From a virus: 64,000 bases of DNA. This document shows positions 38,982 through 47,616 of the stretch, in pieces. How positions within the stretch are numbered: position 1 is the first letter of the stretch; each line of letters begins with the position of its first letter. Both the position numbers and the translations under genes were made by a program. The DNA lies in the IMG/VR virus record IMGVR_UViG_3300048583_000100, positions 1 through 64,000 of that record; one strand, given 5' to 3'. Below the pieces are notes generated by a model. That model saw nothing but the letters and a program-made list of their open reading frames with translations. It ran no database searches and had not been told where the DNA came from.

Positions 38982-39188
38982 TCAGATTTTGATCAGGTTA
39001 CTCTGCCTGACGGCGTAAGTTTTGTTCTCGTCAGAGCACAGCATGACGAGAATCTTACCGCCTCTGGTCCTCTTGATTATCTGGCACTCCGCGCCGATGA
39101 ATGGACGAGAGTCGGCGTCAAAGTACAAATCGCCGCGGCTGTCGACAGTCACCCGGTCACCGGGCTCGAACTCTCCCGTCCTCATCAA
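38982..39188 (-). CDS. small SH3/KOW-like hypothetical protein
   Basis: FEPGDRVTV; between the topoisomerase genes. Confidence 0.5.
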   Translation of the reverse strand: MMRTGEFEPGDRVTVDSRGDLYFDADSRPFIGAECQIIKRTRGGKILVMLCSDENKTYAVRQSNLIKI

Positions 39189-41170
39189 GCGGCCTCAACG
39201 ATGAAGTCTTCGAAGTTATCTGCCGGAGTTTCCAACCAGACCTTACGGTCATCGGCACGTTCGCCATTGAATGCGAGGTCGAGGGCATTCTTGTCATCGC
39301 CATCTTCCATCGATACATTGAACAGGTAAGTGTCGAGGTTCTGCAGGTACGGCTTGAAGTCAGGAGTCTTGGTCGTGCCGAGACCCTTGAAGTAGCGGTG
39401 ATTCCAACCACGCAGCTTCTTACCGTCGCTGTTAGCCCACAGCTTGAACTCGCGCTCAGTAAAGAACTCGTGAACGATCTTGTCCTTCACAAACACCTTG
39501 ACGACCGGAGTGCGGAGGATATGGATGAAGCCAAGCTGGAACAGCTCAGGCCAGAAGTGGTCGAAGAGGTTCATGAGCAGGCCGGCAATGTGTGCGCCGT
39601 CAACGTCAGCGTCAGTTGCGAAAGCAACCTTGCCGAAACGCAGCTCCTTGAGCGACTTAACAGGCACACCAATCTGCAGGCCGATGATCGTCAGAATCTT
39701 CTGGATTTCGTTCGGCTCAGTTTTCTTGCCGTCCTTCTCGCGATCCTTCTTCTTATCGAGGCCGAGAACTCGTGCGATTTCCTTCTCGCGGACATTTAGC
39801 GGCTTGCCCTTCAGAGGGAAGGTGCCGATAAACTGGCGATCAGTCGCAGCTGCGAAGAGACTCTTGGAAGCGGAGTCACCCTCAGCCAGGAAGAGAACGC
39901 ACTTGTGGCGATCGACCTTCTCAGTTGCGTCGTTGAACTTCTCAACACGCTTCGGGTTCGCCTTGTCAACGTCCTTGTTGAGCTTACGAACATCCTTCAT
40001 CTGCTCCTGGAGAGCCTTGGCTTCCGCCCAGTCCAGAATCGACTGGATGATAGACGACTTGATGATCTTGTTGATCATCTTGTCAGGCACGGCCCACGAA
40101 GTCTTGTAGTCCTTGACTTCAGTGATGAGGTCTTCCTTGGTCTGCGAGGAGTAGCGAGGGTTGACGATCTGTGCGTCAATGAAGAGCGTCATGTGCTGAC
40201 GCAGCTCCGACGGCTTGATCTCGACCTTGTGCTTCTTCTTGATGTGGGCGCGAACAGCTTCCCAAATCTGCATGCCTGCATAGAGGATATGCGTGCCACC
40301 GGTCTTCGTGTGGGTACCGTTGACGAAGGAGATGTGCTGGAAGCCGTCTTCGCTGTGAGCGATACCGACCTTCCAGTGTTCCGTCTCGTCATAGGCGTAG
40401 TCACCTTCACCAACGAACATCTCGATGTAGTCCTTGAACGAACGCGTCATCACGCGAACTCCGTTGAAGTAGACCTTGAGGTGCGTGTTGACGGCAGCTA
40501 CCTGATAGACACGCGCGAGCAGCATCGCCATGTTGTCATCGTCGATGCCCTTCAGGCCAAGCTTCTCGAAGTCTGGGTAGTACGTGATTCGAGTGTAGCC
40601 CTTCGCGCCTTCTGCCGGAGTAACCTTGGCAGGCTTGCGGTCTTGCGAATGATCTTCGAAGACCATCTTGAACTTGTTCTTCGTGTCGCACGTCTCGATG
40701 ACGAACTTGTGCGAGAAGATGTTGGTCAGAGCTGCACCTTCACCGTTCTGGCCAGTGAGCATTGCCTGATCATCGTCGTCGAAGTTTGAGCCAGCGCGGA
40801 GCTCGAAGATCATCTCCGGAATCCACTGATTGTATTCCTTGTGCTTGATGACCGGAATACCGCCGTTGTCGAAGACGCTGATTTCACCCTTCGCCTGGTC
40901 GATCTCAACACGAATGGTATCGAGGCCCTTACCTTCAGGACGCTTCGAATGGTCAGACGAGTTGGAGATGACTTCGTCGAACAGCTTGAGGAAGCCGGGG
41001 TTGTACGTAATTGGACGGCGGACCATCTTGACGTCAGTCGCAGACTTCACGTCAGGGATAAACTCGTCAGAGGTGTGAGGAGTAATGGAGCCAATGTATC
41101 GGCCTGGACGAAGGAGGACGTGCTCGACCTCGTTAAGCTTCTTGTATTTCTGTTCGATCGACTTTGACAT
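39185..41170 (-). CDS. type II topoisomerase ATPase/TOPRIM subunit (gp39+gp60 fused)
   Basis: EHVLLRPGRYIG, GQNGEG, EGDSA, PLKGK, DADVDG, FKGLGT. Confidence 0.96.
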   Translation of the reverse strand: MSKSIEQKYKKLNEVEHVLLRPGRYIGSITPHTSDEFIPDVKSATDVKMVRRPITYNPGFLKLFDEVISNSSDHSKRPEGKGLDTIRVEIDQAKGEISVFDNGGIPVIKHKEYNQWIPEMIFELRAGSNFDDDDQAMLTGQNGEGAALTNIFSHKFVIETCDTKNKFKMVFEDHSQDRKPAKVTPAEGAKGYTRITYYPDFEKLGLKGIDDDNMAMLLARVYQVAAVNTHLKVYFNGVRVMTRSFKDYIEMFVGEGDYAYDETEHWKVGIAHSEDGFQHISFVNGTHTKTGGTHILYAGMQIWEAVRAHIKKKHKVEIKPSELRQHMTLFIDAQIVNPRYSSQTKEDLITEVKDYKTSWAVPDKMINKIIKSSIIQSILDWAEAKALQEQMKDVRKLNKDVDKANPKRVEKFNDATEKVDRHKCVLFLAEGDSASKSLFAAATDRQFIGTFPLKGKPLNVREKEIARVLGLDKKKDREKDGKKTEPNEIQKILTIIGLQIGVPVKSLKELRFGKVAFATDADVDGAHIAGLLMNLFDHFWPELFQLGFIHILRTPVVKVFVKDKIVHEFFTEREFKLWANSDGKKLRGWNHRYFKGLGTTKTPDFKPYLQNLDTYLFNVSMEDGDDKNALDLAFNGERADDRKVWLETPADNFEDFIVEAA

Positions 41171-41209
41171 GAATGGGTTCCGATAGGAGTTGTGCTGCGT
41201 AGTGAGTCT

Positions 41210-41239
41210 ATTGTATCATGCCGTGAACCTGGCGTAAAC
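41210..41239 (-). promoter_or_regulatory. early-type promoter GTTTAC-N18-TACAAT
   Basis: Motif match. Confidence 0.7.
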
Positions 41240-41241
41240 TG

Positions 41242-41715
41242 TCAGAACGCCAGGACACCGCTCTGCTCGTCCTTTAGCTGCTTTCGCAGTTTCATCAGAC
41301 GGCTGCAGAATTCTGTTTTGGTGAGAACGGTCTCTGATTGCTTCGAGCGGCCAATCGAATGCTGAAGAACCGCATCGCCAGTGGCTAGCAACGCTTTCCT
41401 GAAGCCCTCGTTCCCGTCGCACATTGCCTTGTAAGCCCGATCAAGAAGTTCCTGATAGGCTTCAGACTTGCGTGGGTACTCGACACCGTTCCAGTGAAGG
41501 ACCTGTCGCTCCTGCCAGTTCTTCATCTTGCCACGCTTCTTGGCATTGAAGCCGACGAGCTTGCATACTTCGACTTGGATGTGTACCTTTTCGAACTTGA
41601 AAGATTGTAGAAGGCCCTCAAAACTGGCACACTGCACCCCATCGAAAATAAATGGGTGCGGTGCGAAATTCGAGAGAGCTGCTGCGGGGTAACCACAGCC
41701 AGATTTGATGTCCAT
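41242..41715 (-). CDS. NADAR-family protein (T4 gp30.3-like)
   Basis: ALSNFAPHPFIFDG..SFEGLLQSFKF..FRKALLAT..TVLT. Confidence 0.8.
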   Translation of the reverse strand: MDIKSGCGYPAAALSNFAPHPFIFDGVQCASFEGLLQSFKFEKVHIQVEVCKLVGFNAKKRGKMKNWQERQVLHWNGVEYPRKSEAYQELLDRAYKAMCDGNEGFRKALLATGDAVLQHSIGRSKQSETVLTKTEFCSRLMKLRKQLKDEQSGVLAF

Positions 41716-42066
41716 GTTCAGTCCTTTAGCATCAAGAATTGATCAGGCATGTTCCAAGAAACCGGCCAATCGTCACCATCTTCAAGAGAGACGCCCGTAG
41801 GGTCTCGCCCGGTTTCTGGCATTTGGATTTCCATGTCGCCATAATTCTCTTTAGCGGATTCCAGCATCGCAATCAGTAGGGAGATTTTCACGTCGGGTCC
41901 TTCGCGTTTCGGTATTCGATCATCTGCTCTTCAGTAAAGAGCGGTTGGATTTCAGCTGCGTTGTAACCCTTCTCCCACGACAACTCTTGTAGATAGCTGT
42001 CTCCGCGTCGACCTAGATCAGCGACGTAGACGTTGATGAACGCTCTTGGCTTAGGAAGGTCGCTCA

Positions 42067-42573
42067 TCAGATGCTACTCACAAGTTTAAGCGGCTCAACA
42101 CTGAATTCCGTATCCGAGCTGTAACCATACCCGAAGGTGTTTGGGTTTTCGCTGAAACCGAGAAGCTCTAGCTCTTCTTCAGTGGCGCCAGCAGCAATAG
42201 CATTTTGACGAGCATGCGCCACCGCCGCGTACAACATAGCAGTCTGTCGAGTGCGGTTGCGCTCGCTAATCGGCACCATCTTCTTTCGCCATTCTTCCAT
42301 GCGTCGCTGATAGTCAGCGTTGAGTTCCTTAGTTGGCTTGGCTGGACCTTTTGGAGCTGGCTCCACTTGCTCCAAGCCAGATACTTCGGTACGAAGGAAT
42401 GCCCAGCGAGCCTCACTTGCCTGCTTGTCCAGTTCAGAGAGACGGACATGCATCTCGCTTCGACGGATGACTTCGAGGTCAGCTTCTTCCCGAGTAGCGA
42501 ATGCACAAACGTTGCTGCGCCACGCATCATCGTACGAGCCACCACTTGCTACAACGATAAAGATGTCAGACAC
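42067..42573 (-). CDS. hypothetical protein
   Basis: GTG start overlapping the upstream gene end. Confidence 0.55.
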   Translation of the reverse strand: MSDIFIVVASGGSYDDAWRSNVCAFATREEADLEVIRRSEMHVRLSELDKQASEARWAFLRTEVSGLEQVEPAPKGPAKPTKELNADYQRRMEEWRKKMVPISERNRTRQTAMLYAAVAHARQNAIAAGATEEELELLGFSENPNTFGYGYSSDTEFSVEPLKLVSSI

Positions 42574-42814
42574 GCGCCTTCTCCGGAATGATCTTCTCGT
42601 ACACGTGAACCGTGCTGGAGACGTTGATCTTGTTTGAGTCTTCGCCATGACGACCCTGTTCCCAGTTGGCAGTTACCTGATCTCTCCAGGTATGACGATA
42701 GCCAGGCCGGATGCTGATGGCGATGCTGTTGAATTCATACTTTTTAGCCAGCTCTGCACACTCTCGAGCATAGGCAATGAAGTCTTCTGGGATGTTGTGC
42801 TTGATGTCGCTCAC
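42566..42814 (-). CDS. hypothetical protein
   Basis: GTGA coupling. Confidence 0.55.
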   Translation of the reverse strand: MSDIKHNIPEDFIAYARECAELAKKYEFNSIAISIRPGYRHTWRDQVTANWEQGRHGEDSNKINVSSTVHVYEKIIPEKARV

Positions 42815-43359
42815 GAAATCTCTCCTCGAGTTCCGTTGATCACGGCGTCGACCATGATGTCAGCTTCGTCACCGATGAGAGTGCGGTTACCGACATACTT
42901 GCCGCCTTCGTACAGGGTAATGCTTACGGCGGGCCGACCATCGCTCATGAGACCGCCAGTGCGAACGCAATTCCAGCGACGCTGATCCTTAAGCAGTGCG
43001 GGAATTTGACCAGCAAGAATCTCCGCGTTGGTGGAAAGCTTATTGGCCGTCTCAATAAGCAGAGCGCAACTGGCAGATGCAGCTTCCAGTTCTGCTTTGA
43101 GTCGGGTAATCTCGTGGTTAAGCGTCGTCGCTGCATTGTTCCAGTGCGCGTTGACATCTCGCGCCATCTTGGTCAGCTCTTCATGGAGATACGGGCTGTC
43201 GGGAATAGCAAGACGATCGCCAGTCGGATCGCAGATTCGGAAGGTGCTTCCACCGCCCTTAGTCTGTACTTCCCAACCGCCGGGTAGCGGAATGTATTCG
43301 CGAAGCATGTGCTTGTCCACGTCGATCGGTTCTACCTTGAGAGCCTTATCCAGTTCCAT
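42811..43359 (-). CDS. hypothetical protein
   Basis: Operon-packed ORF. Confidence 0.6.
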   Translation of the reverse strand: MELDKALKVEPIDVDKHMLREYIPLPGGWEVQTKGGGSTFRICDPTGDRLAIPDSPYLHEELTKMARDVNAHWNNAATTLNHEITRLKAELEAASASCALLIETANKLSTNAEILAGQIPALLKDQRRWNCVRTGGLMSDGRPAVSITLYEGGKYVGNRTLIGDEADIMVDAVINGTRGEIS

Positions 43360-43361
43360 GT

Positions 43362-43739
43362 TTAGAGTTCCTCATCTGATGCGTATTTGGTAACTTCTGC
43401 TGCCATCCTTTTGACATATCCGTTCGCGCGGACCACTCTTTCCTCAGCATACTCATAAGCCTTTAGCACTACTTTGGCCGGAGGAGTCACACCACGGTGA
43501 ATGGTAAGGTTTGCGGATTCAGCGAACTGCATCCACGACTCGAAGCGATCGACGATCCAATCGCGAAGCTCTTCCTGATTGGTCATGTCAGGAGCAAAGT
43601 GATAGTGCGGAGTGTACATGCCACCGCCACCCCTGCCCCAGGAATAGTACGCGATCCATCCGGTTGCATTGGTTTCTTCGTCCGCAGTAGGACGTTTGGC
43701 GTCGTCGTAATCGACACCTTCTCGTTCAGACCAGCCCAT
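43362..43739 (-). CDS. hypothetical protein
   Basis: Operon-packed ORF. Confidence 0.6.
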   Translation of the reverse strand: MGWSEREGVDYDDAKRPTADEETNATGWIAYYSWGRGGGGMYTPHYHFAPDMTNQEELRDWIVDRFESWMQFAESANLTIHRGVTPPAKVVLKAYEYAEERVVRANGYVKRMAAEVTKYASDEEL

Positions 43740-43742
43740 AAA

Positions 43743-44198
43743 TCACCTGCTATACGGAGAGTTATCGTCCAGCATATCCTGCTGGCGCTTGTTCATGAGG
43801 AACTTACGGATGCCGTGAGCATCAGCAAGTGCATTGTGCGGCTGTTCAGAAGGAGCATCGTCACGCACGATTTCGAAAGTGATCGGCGGCGTATCGATGC
43901 GCGCACCTGGACCGATGATTAGCGACTGGCAGAAGTACGCAACATCATCCGGCCAATCAGCGATGATGTGAACACTGTTGAACTGCGCGAGATACATTTG
44001 CAGCTTGGAGCAAAACGCATTGCGACCGATCGGGCTCTTACCCAGAATAGGAAGAACGTTGTCAGCGACCCAAGGGTCAATTGCCATGTGGCTGAACGGA
44101 AGGACTTCGTAGAATTCCTTGCCGTCTTCGGACACGCACGCAAGAGAGATGAGCTCGCCCTGATAGCTGTTGAATTCACAGTCGAGGTAAATGTTCAT
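43743..44198 (-). CDS. DEDD 3'-5' exoribonuclease-like protein
   Basis: YLDCEF, ADWPDD, PHNALADA. Confidence 0.8.
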   Translation of the reverse strand: MNIYLDCEFNSYQGELISLACVSEDGKEFYEVLPFSHMAIDPWVADNVLPILGKSPIGRNAFCSKLQMYLAQFNSVHIIADWPDDVAYFCQSLIIGPGARIDTPPITFEIVRDDAPSEQPHNALADAHGIRKFLMNKRQQDMLDDNSPYSR

Positions 44199-44364
44199 TC
44201 TACGATCTCCCAGAAATGCAGCTCACCAAAGAACAGCATTGCACTACCATGATCTGCCGAATAAATCCAGCCGTTTCGATCCTGCTTGAGGGTGAATGTT
44301 CCCCAATCGGGGTTGTTCCGATTCCTGATCTTCAGCCCGACCTTGGCATTGTCCTTAGACAGAA

Positions 44365-44838
44365 TCATGTCGTTTCCTTCGGAGTAATGAGAGCGGTCAG
44401 CTCCATGTAGAACTGGAAGTAACGCTGCATTCGGATGTTGTCTTTGTCGGACAAACCCTTGAGGCGGCGGATGTCCGTGTTGTGGCGAAGGTCAGCGATC
44501 TTGACGCGGATGGAATCGCGGTTCGACTTGACTCGGTCCTTGTACTCTTCGTACGTCTCACCAGGTACCTTCGTCATGCAGCGGATGCCTTCGATGATTC
44601 GCTCGGTGAAGCCCGCCTCGCGGAGCTCCTTGTACGTGACGTTGCAGTCCTCGATGATGTCATGGCCGAGAGCGATACAGCGGAGCTCTTCATCGGCATT
44701 CTCGAGGAGGTACATCACTGCGATCGGATGCAGAATGTACGGGCTGCCACCCTTGTCGAACTGGTGGGCGTGCTTGTTCGTGGCAAGCAGCAGCATCTTG
44801 TTGAGCAGCTCGCCTTTCTTGAAAGTCTGGGTAGTCAT
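44365..44838 (-). CDS. stand-alone HD-domain (p)ppGpp hydrolase-like protein (Mesh1/SAH type)
   Basis: HAHQFDKGGSPYILHP, GHDIIED, VKIADLRHN. Confidence 0.82.
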   Translation of the reverse strand: MTTQTFKKGELLNKMLLLATNKHAHQFDKGGSPYILHPIAVMYLLENADEELRCIALGHDIIEDCNVTYKELREAGFTERIIEGIRCMTKVPGETYEEYKDRVKSNRDSIRVKIADLRHNTDIRRLKGLSDKDNIRMQRYFQFYMELTALITPKETT

Positions 44839-44861
44839 ATCGGTTCTCCGAAAGTCAATTT

Positions 44862-44905
44862 ATTGTATCACAGGGCAGGTCTTCCGTAAACTGAAGCCAT
44901 AAATA
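44862..44905. promoter_or_regulatory. back-to-back early promoter (-, 44862-44891) and late promoter (+, 44899-44905)
   Basis: GTTTAC-N18-TACAAT on - and ATAAATA on +. Confidence 0.7.
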
Positions 44906-44927
44906 TCGTAGACCCAGGAGGAACACC

Positions 44928-45326
44928 ATGACCATTCTTCAAGATTTGCTGACTCTTCGCGAAGCAGAAGACCTCAACCCAGACGTGCCAAAGGCAGTTA
45001 ACGCTATCAAGCGCAAACTGAAGGAACCGTTCGGTAGAGAGCAGGTTAAGATTACGCTGACTCCGTCAGGTAACAAGATTGTCATCCTCCTCGAATTCAA
45101 CCGCACGCTGACTGAAAAGGAATTCGACTACGCTGTCGATGACCTCAAGGACGCAATCGAAAAGGCCGACGAGTCTGGTCGATGGGAATTCAAGGACACT
45201 GGATCGTACTTCGCTGATCCAGCTGCTCTCATGCCCAAGCGTGGCGTGATGATGGATCAAGGTGCGTTGCTTTGCGATATCGAATACACCGTTACCGTCC
45301 CAAATACGATTCGCAAGAAGCGCTAA
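44928..45326 (+). CDS. putative head-internal protein
   Basis: SD AGGAGG; MTILQDLLTLRE-A. Confidence 0.6.
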   Translation: MTILQDLLTLREAEDLNPDVPKAVNAIKRKLKEPFGREQVKITLTPSGNKIVILLEFNRTLTEKEFDYAVDDLKDAIEKADESGRWEFKDTGSYFADPAALMPKRGVMMDQGALLCDIEYTVTVPNTIRKKR

Positions 45327-45362
45327 CGCGCAGCTATAGTCCTTCAAACTTCGGCGCCCAAA

Positions 45363-46376
45363 ATGTTTACCTTCAAACAGTTCATCAGCGAGTCTACACT
45401 CCACGTGTTTGACATCGACGACACCCTATTCAAGACGTCTGCTAAGGTAGTCGTTAAGAAGGGCGGCAAAATCGTTCGCTCGCTGTCTTCGTCTGAATAC
45501 AACAAGGACAAGCTGAAGGACGGAGAAGTCTACGACTTCGATGAGTTCCGTTCTGCTAGGAAGTTCAAGGACGAGTCAGAGCCAATGCAGGACATGCTCG
45601 ATACCGTCAATCGTATCCACAACAAGATCAAGATGAACCTTACTCCTGGTTCCAAGATCATCATGAACACCGCTCGTAGCGATTTCGATGAGCGTGATAC
45701 GTTCCTTGGTAAGTTCAGAGATCACAAAGTGGACATCGACGATATCCACGTTCATCGTGCTGGCAATGTCAAGGGCGATCAACCTACTGCAGCCAAGAAG
45801 CTCGTATTCATCCGTGGCTACTTGAAGTCTGGCAAGTACAGCAACGTCATGATGTACGATGACAGCGAAAAGAATCTAGACCATTTCCTCGGTCTTCGCG
45901 AAGAGTTCCCAGACGTAAAATTCCACGCCTACCTTGTCAAGCACACCGGTAAGCTAGTGCAGTACAACTCAGCTGAGAAGGTTACCGAGGATGATGCCGA
46001 GCTGAAAGAAAAGTATCAGCGTTGGAAGAAGCTCGTCAACATGCCATCGCCTACACTCCAGAAGTTCATTGACTCGGACACTGGCAAAGATGCCGGCCTG
46101 TCTAGACAGGAAGCTTCGTCTTTGGGGATTAAGAGTGGGCGCGATTCAGCCCGTGCTATCCTAAGAATGCGCGCAAAGCCATTCTCCGAGTGGACAGCAG
46201 ATGACATCAAGTGGATGAATCGCCAAATCTCATTCGTAAGTCGAATGACTGGCAACCAAGGCCCGATGTTCCAGATGAAAGATGGAAAGAAGGTTCCTAC
46301 TCGTAAGCTTACGAGTCTCTGGATTTGGGGTAACGTGCCAGCGGGTCATTCACCTGGCACGTACCGCATCTTTTAA
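45363..46376 (+). CDS. HAD phosphatase fused to a DUF3140-like domain, with capsid-targeting-like N-terminus
   Basis: MFTFKQFISE; FDIDDTL, NTAR, YDDSEKNL; C-term LVNM..SGRDSARAI..WTADD..SLWIWG. Confidence 0.7.
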   Translation: MFTFKQFISESTLHVFDIDDTLFKTSAKVVVKKGGKIVRSLSSSEYNKDKLKDGEVYDFDEFRSARKFKDESEPMQDMLDTVNRIHNKIKMNLTPGSKIIMNTARSDFDERDTFLGKFRDHKVDIDDIHVHRAGNVKGDQPTAAKKLVFIRGYLKSGKYSNVMMYDDSEKNLDHFLGLREEFPDVKFHAYLVKHTGKLVQYNSAEKVTEDDAELKEKYQRWKKLVNMPSPTLQKFIDSDTGKDAGLSRQEASSLGIKSGRDSARAILRMRAKPFSEWTADDIKWMNRQISFVSRMTGNQGPMFQMKDGKKVPTRKLTSLWIWGNVPAGHSPGTYRIF

Positions 46377-46921
46377 CGCTCTCGATCCCGCGCGTCATAC
46401 GGCGGGACTGCGTTCAACTTCGACTTGATACTTTCCCAGCTGACTGGGGTGTATCCATGTGCGTCGACACCAACGTCATATCGACGATTGGTACCGTCAT
46501 TGGCGATCTTCCCGTGAACATGGCCGTGAAGCATCATCGAACCGTGAAAGGCCTTCTCCCAGCTCAGCAGCGGGTAGTGGCACATGTTGACCAGATGCCC
46601 ATCAAAGGTTTCGCGATGAAGGTCTGGCACCAAGCGATGGAACTTCCGCTGCATGGCTTCCGAGTATCGAATGCGCTTGTCATGGTTGCCGAGAAGCAGA
46701 ATGATCTTGCCCTGAAGTCGGCGCAGAATCTGAATTGCTCGCTGCTCGGGGCAGAAGAAGATGTCGCCAAGCACCCACACTTCGTCTCCGTCTTGAACGA
46801 CAGAATTCCAGTTGGCGATCAGCGTCTCATCCATCTCTTCGGCATTTGCGAAGGGACGAGAGCAGTACTTGATGATGTTTTCGTGCCCGAAATGCGGGTC
46901 ACTTGTAAAGAACCTGTTCAT
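46373..46921 (-). CDS. calcineurin-like metallophosphoesterase
   Basis: SDPHFGH, LGD, GNHD, HYP, HGHVH. Confidence 0.9.
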   Translation of the reverse strand: MNRFFTSDPHFGHENIIKYCSRPFANAEEMDETLIANWNSVVQDGDEVWVLGDIFFCPEQRAIQILRRLQGKIILLLGNHDKRIRYSEAMQRKFHRLVPDLHRETFDGHLVNMCHYPLLSWEKAFHGSMMLHGHVHGKIANDGTNRRYDVGVDAHGYTPVSWESIKSKLNAVPPYDARDRER

Positions 46922-47064
46922 CAGCTATTCCTGAACCACGCTCGGACGTTGCTGAACAGATTGTACTTGACGATGTCGTGCCAGGCAACTACGCCAATGC
47001 AAACGACGATCGAGAACAGCCCATACCCAACGATGGCGTACATTGCAGCTTCTTCATTACTCAT
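46921..47064 (-). CDS. small membrane protein (47 aa, not in ORF track)
   Basis: MSNEEAAMYAIVGYGLFSIVVCIGVVAW...; SD TAGGAG; early promoter 47090-47119. Confidence 0.55.
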   Translation of the reverse strand: MSNEEAAMYAIVGYGLFSIVVCIGVVAWHDIVKYNLFSNVRAWFRNS

Positions 47065-47121
47065 CTGATTTCTCCTAATCACTTAGGTCATTATACACCA
47101 CGGTGAATCAGACGTACACTG

Positions 47122-47616
47122 TCAACCTGCGAGTCGCTCCATGTCTCCGAGTTCAAGAAGCTGCTTGATGTAGAGACAGGCGTCCATCACTGCGCCCTCA
47201 CCACCCTTGTTAGGTGTCACGAAATTTGCAGCCTTGATAGCTTCAATTCGCGCATTCGCGGGTGCGATACCAATTGCGCAAGTCTTGATGCATGGCGCAT
47301 CGTAGTAGCCGTCGCCCATGAAAATGGTTTCGCGTGGATTCATCTGATGAATGAATTCAAGTCTGTCTTCTTCGGGTATAAACGTCAGCTCATATCCCAT
47401 GTCTGCACAAATTCTGCGATGTGTAATCTCGTAGCCTCTCTTATCGGCAGAGATAAACTGAATTCGAAGACGATTGCGAAGCATCTTCAATCCATCTGCA
47501 TCATGCGGGCCAAACACCTTCGCTAGCTTGCCAGCAGCAGTGTAAATGAACTGCCCGTTAGTCATGACACCATCGACATCAAGGATGAAGTTTTTCAGAT
47601 CTGCGGTTCTAAACAT
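47122..47616 (-). CDS. KdsC/YrbI-like HAD sugar-phosphate phosphatase
   Basis: LDVDGVMTNG, FGPHDADG, MGDGYYD, GGEGAV. Confidence 0.85.
   Translation of the reverse strand: MFRTADLKNFILDVDGVMTNGQFIYTAAGKLAKVFGPHDADGLKMLRNRLRIQFISADKRGYEITHRRICADMGYELTFIPEEDRLEFIHQMNPRETIFMGDGYYDAPCIKTCAIGIAPANARIEAIKAANFVTPNKGGEGAVMDACLYIKQLLELGDMERLAG

Noticed and set aside
328-41170. Inteins or introns in the polymerase, thyA or topoisomerase genes
   Set aside because: ORFs are continuous and of normal length with no splicing motifs; the gp39/gp60-like regions are fused.
47077-47087. Partial array core AATCACTTAGG near a GTGTAC promoter
   Set aside because: Single truncated copy, downstream of the -10 and lacking ATCAA; may be chance or a relic.
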